This document shows, one piece after another, positions 41,861 through 50,054 of a DNA stretch of 64,000 bases; position 1 is the stretch's first letter, and every line of letters begins with the position of its first letter. Made by a program: the position numbers and the translations under genes. Location: the NCBI GenBank assembly GCA_039925145.1, contig JBDSZL010000047.1, forward strand, positions 5,216 to 69,215, read 5' to 3'. The DNA comes from Vicinamibacterales bacterium (GTDB taxonomy: Bacteria > Acidobacteriota > Vicinamibacteria > Vicinamibacterales > SCN-69-37). The notes beneath the pieces were generated by a model. It saw only the letters and a program-made list of their open reading frames with translations. It searched no databases and was not told the origin of the DNA.

Positions 41861-42913
41861 ATGATCGATTCAGCCCACACACTGCCGGGCGATGTCGCCG
41901 TGGCCATCGTGTCGCACAACGGCCGCCAGACGCTGCCACGGGTCCTCGAGTGTCTCGTCGAGGCCGGTGTGCCCGACGATCGCGTCACTGTCTACGACAT
42001 CGCGAGCACGGACGACACCGCCGCCTGGCTGGCGCGTGAGCACCGCGCGATTGTCGTCGTGCGCCTGTCCGCCAATGCCGGGCCTAACCCGGCGAGAAAT
42101 CGTGCGCTGCGGGAAGCGCGCCTGCCCTACCTGCTACTCCTCGATTCGGATGCGTATGTGCGACCCGATGCGATCGCCGCTCTGCGCGAGGAGCTCACGG
42201 GCATCTCGATTGCCGCCGTCGTGCCGGTCGTCGTCCACGAACAGCAGCCGGATCGCATTCAGTACGCGGGCGCGTCCCTCCACTTCATCTGCGAAGCCAT
42301 CAACCCCTGGCTCGGTCGTCCACTCGCAGAGCGCGGCGATGAGGCGCGCGGTGTCGACACGGCACCGGGGGTTTGTTTCCTGCTGCGGGTGAGCACGGCG
42401 CTGGAGATCGGCGGCTTCGACGACCGGTATTTCATGGGAAAGGAGGACGGAGAGTTCTGTTACCGGCTCCGTGTCGCAGGCTATCGCCTCGTCGAGACCC
42501 CCAAGGCCGTGGTCGCGCACGCCAGCCGGCCACGCTCCACCTGGCTGTACCGCTACCAGCTTCGCAACCGATGGCACTTCATGCTGAAGAACTATCAGCT
42601 CCGTACGCTGGTGGTCGTCAGCCCCGCGCTCGTCGTGCACGAGCCGCTGCAACTGGCCGCGCTGATCGCGCAGGGTCATGCTGTGGCGTGGGTCCAGGCG
42701 GTCGCGGGACTGCTCCCAATGCTCAAACACCTCGGCGCTGACCGCCGTGCCGTGGGGCGCACCCGGCGCGTCCACGACCGTGTGCTGCTGCACGCCGCTC
42801 CTCTGGTGGTTCGCGCGGAAGTTGTCGGAGGTCGCACTGGGCAACGCGCGAAGCACCTCTACGATCGATGGCTGGCTTGGTACTGGCGCCTGGCTTCGGC
42901 GCTCTTGTCCTGA
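41861..42913 (+). CDS. Glycosyltransferase family 2
   Basis: VAIVSHNGRQTL N-terminus, the DxD-type LLLDSDAYV, and a GT-A fold pattern. Confidence 0.8.
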   Translation: MIDSAHTLPGDVAVAIVSHNGRQTLPRVLECLVEAGVPDDRVTVYDIASTDDTAAWLAREHRAIVVVRLSANAGPNPARNRALREARLPYLLLLDSDAYVRPDAIAALREELTGISIAAVVPVVVHEQQPDRIQYAGASLHFICEAINPWLGRPLAERGDEARGVDTAPGVCFLLRVSTALEIGGFDDRYFMGKEDGEFCYRLRVAGYRLVETPKAVVAHASRPRSTWLYRYQLRNRWHFMLKNYQLRTLVVVSPALVVHEPLQLAALIAQGHAVAWVQAVAGLLPMLKHLGADRRAVGRTRRVHDRVLLHAAPLVVRAEVVGGRTGQRAKHLYDRWLAWYWRLASALLS

Positions 42914-42928
42914 GGCGAAGGTCACGAC

Positions 42929-44203
42929 GTGCACATGAGCCGGAGCCTTTTCTACTCGAGCATCTCGGCCGGCAGCGCGCTGCTGATGCTGCTCCTGCTC
43001 GTGCTCGCGGGGCGCGAGTGGGGCGTCGACGGACTGGGCCCGTTCTCGTACGCGATCGGCCTGGCGACCATCGCCGAAGTCTTCATGGATTTCGGCCTGC
43101 ACCAGGTCACGATTCGTACTGTCGCTCGAGACACCACGCAGGCCGGACGGCTGCTGCACACCTCGATAGCGCTGAAAGCGGCGCCCGGCCTGGCGATGAT
43201 CCTGCTGTTTGGCCTCGGGGCCACGCTGCTCCGAGCCGACCCCATCGTGCGCGCCGCGTGCTGGCTGATGCTGGGCTCGGCAGCCATGCGCTCGTATCTG
43301 CTCACCGCGCGGGGCGTGCTCCAGGGACTCGAGCGGTTCGGCGACGATGCCCTGATTACCGTCGGCGATCGGCTGCTCCTGCTCGTCGCGTGCGGCACGG
43401 CGCTGTGGTTGCACGCCGGAGTCATCACGGTCTGCCTCGTGTTCCTCGTCGTTCGCGCCTTCACAGCGGCAGCCGCGCTGCTGCTGGCCAAGCTGCGGGC
43501 CGGACATGGCGCGATCGATCGGGAGCTGTGGCGGCGTCTGCCAGGCGAGGCGGTGCCGCTCGGCCTCTTTCTGCTCGTCCTCAACGTGTACAACCGCGTC
43601 GACACCGTCATGCTCGGCAGCATGGCCGGAGATCCCAACAGGAGCACGGGTCTTTATGGTGCCGCGTATCAGCTGTACGAGGGATCGACCTACCCGGCGG
43701 CTATCGTCGCCGCCGTTCTGATTCCACGACTGTCACGCCTGATTGGGAACCAGACCGCAGAGTATCGCCATCTCGTCCGGACCGGTCTTGCGGGGGTACT
43801 GGCGGTCGCGCTGATCGTGCTGGCGGTTGGCTGGCCGCTGGTTGGCTGGGGGATTCGGCTCACCTACGGCGGAGAGTTCGACATGGCCAGCCACACGCTT
43901 CGCATCCTGCTGGCGGGATTGCCCGCGGTCTACGCAACATGGGTGCTGCACGCCGTGGCGATGTCGGCCCACCGGAACAAGCAGCTCCTGTGGGCCACGG
44001 GCATCGGCACCGCGTTCAACATCGCGCTGAACAGTCTGCTGATTCCCCGATACGCGCACGACGGGGCGGCACTGGCCACCGTGGCGAGCGAATACGTGGT
44101 CACCGCCATGCTCTGGATTGGGTTGCGACCTGCCTGGAACCTTCGTGCGGTGAAGTCCACGGGCGCCGCAGACCCCGTCGGATCGTCGCCCGGTCGTCAG
44201 TAG
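42929..44203 (+). CDS. Oligosaccharide flippase (Wzx/MOP family)
   Basis: 424 aa, about 12 TM segments, MOP-like organisation. The overlapping 466-aa ORF in another frame is Arg-rich junk. Confidence 0.75.
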   Translation: MHMSRSLFYSSISAGSALLMLLLLVLAGREWGVDGLGPFSYAIGLATIAEVFMDFGLHQVTIRTVARDTTQAGRLLHTSIALKAAPGLAMILLFGLGATLLRADPIVRAACWLMLGSAAMRSYLLTARGVLQGLERFGDDALITVGDRLLLLVACGTALWLHAGVITVCLVFLVVRAFTAAAALLLAKLRAGHGAIDRELWRRLPGEAVPLGLFLLVLNVYNRVDTVMLGSMAGDPNRSTGLYGAAYQLYEGSTYPAAIVAAVLIPRLSRLIGNQTAEYRHLVRTGLAGVLAVALIVLAVGWPLVGWGIRLTYGGEFDMASHTLRILLAGLPAVYATWVLHAVAMSAHRNKQLLWATGIGTAFNIALNSLLIPRYAHDGAALATVASEYVVTAMLWIGLRPAWNLRAVKSTGAADPVGSSPGRQ

Positions 44204-45216
44204 CGGCGTACTGCACGCGACGTCACGCTCGTCCCGCCGGTCGGCGGCTGTTCGAACGTCTGCTGTAGGGCCTTCAGGAACGTCTCCGCAATCACTTTGT
44301 ATCCCTGCGCGGTGGGGTGTAGCCCGTCATCGCCAATCAGCAGATCCTTCAAGGGCTCCAGCGTCCCGTAGATCTCGACGAGCTCTGCGCCTTCGCGCGC
44401 GGCTACGTCGCGGATCATGTCGTTGATGTCTTCAATGCCGTCAGGGTTGCTCGCACGGCTGCCCTTGGTTTCGGGCGGCAAGGTCGCGAGGTACACCTTC
44501 CGTACGCCCTCGGCCTGGGCTCGACGCACGTCACTGCGGAGACTCTGCGCGACCCGCGCAACGTAGCCCGGTTCCTGCTGGTTCGCATCGTTGCTGCCTT
44601 CGAGGAGCAGAACCGCATCGGGGCGGTATCGCTGCACGACGGTGGCGAAGCGGTCTTCGTCGGCGACGGCCCTGCGCCCTTGTTCTCCCTCGTTCAATAC
44701 AGCGATCGTCTGGCGGGAATAGCGCGCCTGCAGCAGCGCCTGCAGCAGCGCCTGCAGCACCGTGGGATAGCTGTGTGCCGGATCGTATTCGTGCAGCGTG
44801 ATCACGGGTTGGGCCACCTCGCCCCAGGTGATGCTGTCGCCAAACGCAAGCACGGTCGTGCCGAGCAGGCGCGGCACCACCGTCACGGCCACGTGAAACA
44901 CGCATTGGGCCTTTCGCTGCTGCGCGTCGGTCGCCGCGCACACGACGTCCGTCGTGCCCGCAGCAAACGTCGCGCCCGACTGCACGGTGCACGTGGCGGT
45001 GACCGGCTGCGCTCCGCCGGTGATCACCGGCGGCGCGTAGGTGACGTTCATCGGTGCTGCATCTGCCTCCATCGTCAGGTCCGATGGGCACACAATGGCG
45101 GGCGCGACCGCCTGCGCCGGTGGGTCGGGCTCCACAGGCGGCCGTGGCGCGTGGCTGCACGCGGCCATGCTGATGCCGATGACCAGTGTCACGAGAAGGG
45201 CCGGGATGGATCGCAC
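44197..45216 (-). CDS. Lipoprotein: HYR-like Ig domain + SGNH/GDSL hydrolase
   Basis: Lipobox SMAAC. The HYR-like module runs CPSDL....TYAPP..TGG......C (IVCPSDLTMEADAAPMNVTYAPPVITGG...VVCAATDAQQRKAQCVF). SGNH blocks are FGDSIT, NEGEQG, EGSNDA and DGLHPT. Confidence 0.8.
   Translation of the reverse strand: MRSIPALLVTLVIGISMAACSHAPRPPVEPDPPAQAVAPAIVCPSDLTMEADAAPMNVTYAPPVITGGAQPVTATCTVQSGATFAAGTTDVVCAATDAQQRKAQCVFHVAVTVVPRLLGTTVLAFGDSITWGEVAQPVITLHEYDPAHSYPTVLQALLQALLQARYSRQTIAVLNEGEQGRRAVADEDRFATVVQRYRPDAVLLLEGSNDANQQEPGYVARVAQSLRSDVRRAQAEGVRKVYLATLPPETKGSRASNPDGIEDINDMIRDVAAREGAELVEIYGTLEPLKDLLIGDDGLHPTAQGYKVIAETFLKALQQTFEQPPTGGTSVTSRAVRRY
44724..44759. repeat. Tandem repeat, 3 x 12 bp (GCGCCTGCAGCA), in frame within the SGNH gene
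   Basis: It is read directly from the sequence and encodes LQALLQALLQA. The paralog has one unit fewer (LQSLLQA). Confidence 0.9.
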
Positions 45217-45218
45217 GG

Positions 45219-46292
45219 TCAGCGACGCTTGAACGGAGTGGCGATACCTTGGCTGCCAGGCGCAGGCAGGGGTTGCTCGAATGTGTCCTGGATGGCCTTC
45301 ATGAAGGTCTCGGCAATCACGCGGTAGCCTTGAACGGTCGGGTGCAGGCCATCGCTGCCGATGAGCAGATCCTTCCGGGGCTCGATAGCGGCAAACACAT
45401 CGACCAGTTCGGCGCCGTCACGACGGGCCACATCCTCGATTAGCCGGTTCGTCGTGACGATGTCAGCTGGGTTCGCGGCGTTCCTGCCGGTCGTGAACGG
45501 CGGCAGAGTCGCGAGATACACCTTGCGGACGTTGTTGTCCCTGGCTCGGCGCACATCATTACTCAGGCTGCGAGCAACCGCCTCAGGGCTGACATTGTCG
45601 TGCACGTCGTTGGTCCCCTCCATCAGCAGCAGGACGTCTGGATTCGTCCTGCGAATCTCGTCCACAAGACGCTGCTCGGAGTTGTTCGGATCGCTGCAGA
45701 GCAGTCCTCCCCACTTCTTCAGCTCGACAGCGTCGAGGCTGCAGCTGGCGCGCTCTCCCCCAAGCCCCTTATTGATTACGGTCACCGTCTGCTTCTTGTA
45801 ACGCGCCTGGAGCAAGCTCTGAAGAATGGTCGGGTAGTTATTGACCGGGTCCACGTTGCGGACGTTCGACACGAACGCGGTGATTTCGCCCTCGGTCAGG
45901 CTGTCCCCATAGGCCAGGAATCTGGTGCCGATCAGCATCCGCAGCTGCGTCACGTTGACGTGAAAGACGCACTGCGCCTTGCGCGCGCCCGAGTCAGTGG
46001 CCGTACACACGACGTCGGAGGTACCTGCGGGAAACGCCTTCCCCGAGTCGATCGTGCAGGTCGTCGTGATGGGCGCGGTTCCGCCGGTGACGGTAGGCGC
46101 CGGGTAATTGATGACGATCGGCGTCAGGTCGGCGTCGACCGCGATGTCAGACGGGCACGTGAGCGACGGCGCCTGGACGGGTGGCGGTTCGGGTTCGGTC
46201 GGCCCGGCGGGCGCGCGCTTATGACAGGCCGATAACGCACCGCACAGTGCCAGGGCCAGAAAGATGCGGGAGACGAGAGACCGTATGTGCAC
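45219..46292 (-). CDS. Lipoprotein: HYR-like Ig domain + SGNH/GDSL hydrolase (paralog of 44197..45216)
   Basis: I propose GTG 46292 as the start (VHIRSLVSRIFLALALCGALSAC lipobox). It has the same CPSDI HYR-like module. SGNH blocks are YGDSLT, NKGLGG, EGTNDV and DGLHPT. Confidence 0.8.
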   Translation of the reverse strand: MHIRSLVSRIFLALALCGALSACHKRAPAGPTEPEPPPVQAPSLTCPSDIAVDADLTPIVINYPAPTVTGGTAPITTTCTIDSGKAFPAGTSDVVCTATDSGARKAQCVFHVNVTQLRMLIGTRFLAYGDSLTEGEITAFVSNVRNVDPVNNYPTILQSLLQARYKKQTVTVINKGLGGERASCSLDAVELKKWGGLLCSDPNNSEQRLVDEIRRTNPDVLLLMEGTNDVHDNVSPEAVARSLSNDVRRARDNNVRKVYLATLPPFTTGRNAANPADIVTTNRLIEDVARRDGAELVDVFAAIEPRKDLLIGSDGLHPTVQGYRVIAETFMKAIQDTFEQPLPAPGSQGIATPFKRR

Positions 46293-46372
46293 AGCAAGCC
46301 CAACCTGGACAGGTGGGCTCGCTGTGCAAGTTATCGGGGCGACGCCCGTTTCGTCAAGTTGACGGAGAGTCC

Positions 46373-47608
46373 CTACCAGCGGATCAGGACGATGTTCGTC
46401 CGTTCCGCAGTGGTCCACTGCCCGGCGCGAGCGGGCGTGCTCATCGCGACGCCGACGATCTCACCAGGTGCCGGAGTCCAGCTCTCGAGGAGGGTGCCGC
46501 CGTAGCCGCCCTGCCCAACGTGGCCGTCCATGTTTTTGCAGATCTGACCGGGTCGGAGCCATTCATTGGCGCCGCCGTACCACTTGCCGCCGATGTTGGC
46601 AAAGAACCATTGGTTGCCTTCGACGAGCACGCTATTGTCGCCAAACCAGCCCACGGTAGGCCATCGGCCGGCCTTCGTGTGGTTGATGCAGAGGTCGCCG
46701 CCAGACCGCCCCGCCGAGGTAATCGTGGACGTGACCGCCCACCCGCGAATGTCCTCGCCTTTGACCACACTGATGTTACGGACGTCGATGTCGTCGTTAG
46801 GGGCCGGTGTTGGTGTGCCGGGCTGGGGCGGGGTCGGACCGGCTGCCGCGGCCGGTGTCACGAACGAACGCACGGCCGACCACTCGCCCACGCGCGCGAA
46901 GTCGAATGCCCGGACGCGCCAGAAGAAGCGTGTGGAGGCCGCGAGCTCGTTCGGCACGAAGGACGTGTGGCCGCTGCCGGCCAGGACGTCGCCGACGGCC
47001 ACCCGGTTGCCCATGCCGCCGTCTGTCGCGACCTCGAACAGATAGTGGATGGCGCCGGCAGGACCCGACACCGACGCATTGTTGACGTCGAGCGTCGGTT
47101 TGTTGGTGGCGACGGTCGCGCCGTCGGCAGGGCTGGTCAAGGCCGGGATTCCGATGACGACCGGTGTGAAGACCGTGAAATCGGCCGCGGCCGAAAACTC
47201 CCCTTCGTTGGCGCCGTCGATCGCGCGCACCCGCCAGTAATAGACCCGCTCGGCGGCCAGTGGCTGGGGCAGCCTGAGCTGCGTGCGTCCCCCCTCGCCC
47301 GGCGTCACGCCGGTCTGCGAGAATACGACGCTCGAGAAACCGCTGTCGCTGGCCACCTGGAACACGTAATTGAGCGGTCGAACGCCGTTCGAGCTGGCAT
47401 TCTGGACCACGAGCGTGATCGGCTGGGTGTCAGCGGCGACCTTGGTCCCGGCACTCGGTGATACCGGGCCAGGGGCGGAAATCTCCACGCCGGCGATGGG
47501 CCCCGCAATGGACGGACTCAGCGGTGTGGCGCTCTTGGCCTGTTCGCACGCGGCGAACACGGTCACGGGGAGCAGCAGGAGGAGAAGGCGCATCCAGGCG
47601 TAACGCAT
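46373..47608 (-). CDS. Lipoprotein with two Ig/FN3-like modules (YYWRVRA / FFWRVRA) and an unassigned conserved C-terminal domain
   Basis: Signal plus lipobox VFAAC. There are two roughly 100-aa modules, a Pro-rich linker, then about 150 aa containing NQWFFANIGGKWYGGANEWLR and GVAMSTPARA. Confidence 0.75.
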   Translation of the reverse strand: MRYAWMRLLLLLLPVTVFAACEQAKSATPLSPSIAGPIAGVEISAPGPVSPSAGTKVAADTQPITLVVQNASSNGVRPLNYVFQVASDSGFSSVVFSQTGVTPGEGGRTQLRLPQPLAAERVYYWRVRAIDGANEGEFSAAADFTVFTPVVIGIPALTSPADGATVATNKPTLDVNNASVSGPAGAIHYLFEVATDGGMGNRVAVGDVLAGSGHTSFVPNELAASTRFFWRVRAFDFARVGEWSAVRSFVTPAAAAGPTPPQPGTPTPAPNDDIDVRNISVVKGEDIRGWAVTSTITSAGRSGGDLCINHTKAGRWPTVGWFGDNSVLVEGNQWFFANIGGKWYGGANEWLRPGQICKNMDGHVGQGGYGGTLLESWTPAPGEIVGVAMSTPARAGQWTTAERTNIVLIRW

Positions 47609-47695
47609 ACAGAAACCTTTGTTGGAGCACGGCCCTTGAACTGGAGGGACCTAAGTGTCCTATCGGCGGGAGCGGCGAAGCGCTACAGCATCGGA

Positions 47696-47737
47696 GCGAC
47701 AAAAGCGAAAGGCGCTGGCCAAGAGGCCAACGCCCTT
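47696..47737 (-). terminator. Intrinsic terminator downstream of 47827..49011
   Basis: On the minus strand: GGCGTTGGCC-TCTT-GGCCAGCGCC (10-bp stem with 1 mismatch), followed by TTTCGCTTTTGT. Confidence 0.65.
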
Positions 47738-47826
47738 CTGTCTCTGCGATTTCGACCCTACCTGAACCGGAACGCGAGCCCCTAGTCGACGTGCGGCGGA
47801 TCAGGCGAGGGCCTCTGCCCTACCAG

Positions 47827-49011
47827 TTACCTTCCAGCGGGCCAGGGCACCATCACGACGTTGCTGCGCTGATCCACGGTCTTCATCTCGGGCCACGCGC
47901 GGGCGGGCGACGTGATCATGACGCCGATGACATCGCCGGTGTGAAGCACCGTCTCGTTGAACGGGAAGACGCCACCCAGGCTGTCCTTGAAGAAGTCCTG
48001 GTCGTAGTCGCGTTTACAGAACTGCGGCCAGGCGCGCATCCAGGCTGCCGCGCCGCCGTACCAGGTGCCGCCCCGGTTGATGAAGACCCACTGGTTCGCG
48101 TAGACCGTGTCCGGTCCGCCGAAGAAGGGGGCTTCGGGCCAGCCTGGGTCTTCGTATTCGGTGCAGAGAATTTCAGTGTCGAATGACTGGAAGAAGACGT
48201 TGTTCAACTTGACCGTCTCGGGCCACGTGGCTACGTGGCCGGGGCCGAACGCAATGACGGCTTTCGCGAGATCCAACCCGAAGCGCCGTTCGAAGCCCGC
48301 CGCATTGCTGAAGGGGCCTGTGACTCCGAGCGTGATTTCCTTGGCCCGCACGCGCCAGAACAGATTGCCCTCGGGCAAATCCGCATTGGGCGTCCACGAT
48401 GTCGTCGTGTTCTGTTCCTGCACCGTGGCCGATGCGATCACCGTGCCGAAGGCGGCCGAGTTGGACACCTGGAAGTCGTAGAAGATCGTGCCCGCCGGAC
48501 CGGTGCGCGTGGCATTGGCCACCGTGAACGTGGGCCGGGGCGCAAACACGGAGGCGCCCGTCGCCGGCTGCTGCAGCCCTGGCGCGTTGATCACCAAGTT
48601 GGGTCGCACGAAAAACGACCGGACCGTTGAGGGCTCGCCAGCGACACCGTCGACAATTGCGCGTGACCGCCAGAAGTACGTGATGTTGCCGGCCAGCTGC
48701 GGCAGGGTGGCCGTGGTGGTGCCACTACCGCCCTGCTCGATGCCATCGAGTGCCACCACCGGCGAGGCAAAGCTGGCGTTGTTGGAGACTTCGACGGCAT
48801 AGGTCACCGGCTTCGTCCCGGTCGTGACCGAGTTGACGATCTGCAGCGTGATGGGCTGCTGTGTAAAGTTGTAGGCGAGACCGTTGGACGGCTGATCCGC
48901 GACGGGCGCCGCGAAGCTTACCGACGGTCGTGTGGGATTGTTCGTGCTGCAGGCCCAGACCGCCAGGGCGGACGCCAGAACAACAGTTAGACCAAGAACA
49001 CGTACTTTCAT
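47827..49011 (-). CDS. Lipoprotein, paralog of 46373..47608 (two Ig/FN3-like modules + the same unassigned C-terminal domain)
   Basis: Lipobox AVWAC. Modules end in YFWRSRA and LFWRVRA. The C-terminus contains NQWVFINRGGTWYGGAAAWMR and GVMITSPARA. Confidence 0.75.
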   Translation of the reverse strand: MKVRVLGLTVVLASALAVWACSTNNPTRPSVSFAAPVADQPSNGLAYNFTQQPITLQIVNSVTTGTKPVTYAVEVSNNASFASPVVALDGIEQGGSGTTTATLPQLAGNITYFWRSRAIVDGVAGEPSTVRSFFVRPNLVINAPGLQQPATGASVFAPRPTFTVANATRTGPAGTIFYDFQVSNSAAFGTVIASATVQEQNTTTSWTPNADLPEGNLFWRVRAKEITLGVTGPFSNAAGFERRFGLDLAKAVIAFGPGHVATWPETVKLNNVFFQSFDTEILCTEYEDPGWPEAPFFGGPDTVYANQWVFINRGGTWYGGAAAWMRAWPQFCKRDYDQDFFKDSLGGVFPFNETVLHTGDVIGVMITSPARAWPEMKTVDQRSNVVMVPWPAGR

Positions 49012-49158
49012 TCGTTCTCCAAGCGAACGAGGCGCGCGGTGTGAGCACCTCGAGACTGACGCGCCGCTGACTCGCGGCAGGAAACTGTCGTTGAGAATAC
49101 GGCCCTAATCTCATGGTGTCAACGCGTTTACGTCAAAAAATCAGGGAGGCGAAGGCTC

Positions 49159-49974
49159 GTGAATCCAGGTGTCGATAACCTACAGCCCGGAGTGAGCCAG
49201 CAGACGTCCGCCCTGGCGAACCCGCGCGTCCGGTTCGCGACGCTGGCGTCCGGGTTGCGCATCGCCGTCGATCGCCGGGACCGCGGAATCGGCCGCGCGA
49301 TTGCGCGTGGTGCCTTCGAGGTTGCCGAACTCGCCTTCGCATGCCACGCCGTCCGCGAGGGCGCTTCCGTCGTCGATGTTGGCGCGCACGTGGGTCTCTA
49401 TACGCTGCATCTGGCCCAGGCTGTGGGGCCCCTCGGCCACGTGTACGCCTTCGAGCCCATCCCCTCTCAGGCCGCCCTGCTCCACATGGGCATTGTGGCC
49501 AACGCGCTCCAGACGCAGGTCTCTGTGAGACAGGTCGCGATCGGTCGTGCCGCCTCGGTCGGCACCATGAGCGTCGGACCGGAGACCGCCGACCTGGCGC
49601 ATGCGTGCCTGATCGGAGACGCATCGTTCAGGACGCCGGGCGTCGAGACCATGAGTGTACGCATCGAAGCGCTCGACGACTGCGATCTGCGCCGGCCTGT
49701 CGCCTTCATCAAGCTCGACATCGAAGGCGCCGAGCCTCAGGCCCTCGACGGAGCGCGGCACATTCTTCACGACGACCGGCCCGTCCTGCTGTGCGAACTG
49801 GACGACCGGCTGCTGGACCGCGTGTCAGGCGCGACGCCGCAAGACGTGTTTGACCAGCTGACCCCCCTCGGCTACATGGCGTACGCCATTGCTCCGGACG
49901 GCACCCTCGGCGGACGACTGCGCGAGCCTCCGACGTCGCGAGTATCGACGGTCGCCTTCGTCTCGCGCCCATGA
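49159..49974 (+). CDS. FkbM-family methyltransferase
   Basis: VVDVGAHVGLYTL, YAFEP and IKLDIEGAEPQAL are FkbM signatures. GTG start with GGGAGG at 49144-49149. Confidence 0.8.
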   Translation: MNPGVDNLQPGVSQQTSALANPRVRFATLASGLRIAVDRRDRGIGRAIARGAFEVAELAFACHAVREGASVVDVGAHVGLYTLHLAQAVGPLGHVYAFEPIPSQAALLHMGIVANALQTQVSVRQVAIGRAASVGTMSVGPETADLAHACLIGDASFRTPGVETMSVRIEALDDCDLRRPVAFIKLDIEGAEPQALDGARHILHDDRPVLLCELDDRLLDRVSGATPQDVFDQLTPLGYMAYAIAPDGTLGGRLREPPTSRVSTVAFVSRP

Positions 49975-50054
49975 GTCAGCCCGGAGTCTGTGTTCGGCCG
50001 AACGGCACTACACTCACCGGAGACCGCCCGACGATACGCGCGCTCTGACGGACG

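Noticed and set aside
42868-44268. 466-aa ORF overlapping the Wzx gene on the same strand
   Set aside because: It is highly basic and low complexity. The alternative frame 42929..44203 gives a hydrophobic ~12-TM MOP-type protein.
49116-49130. Palindrome AACGCGTT within TGTCAACGCGTTTAC, in the divergent promoter region upstream of the FkbM gene
   Set aside because: It is only 8 bp and occurs once, so there is not enough evidence to call it an operator.
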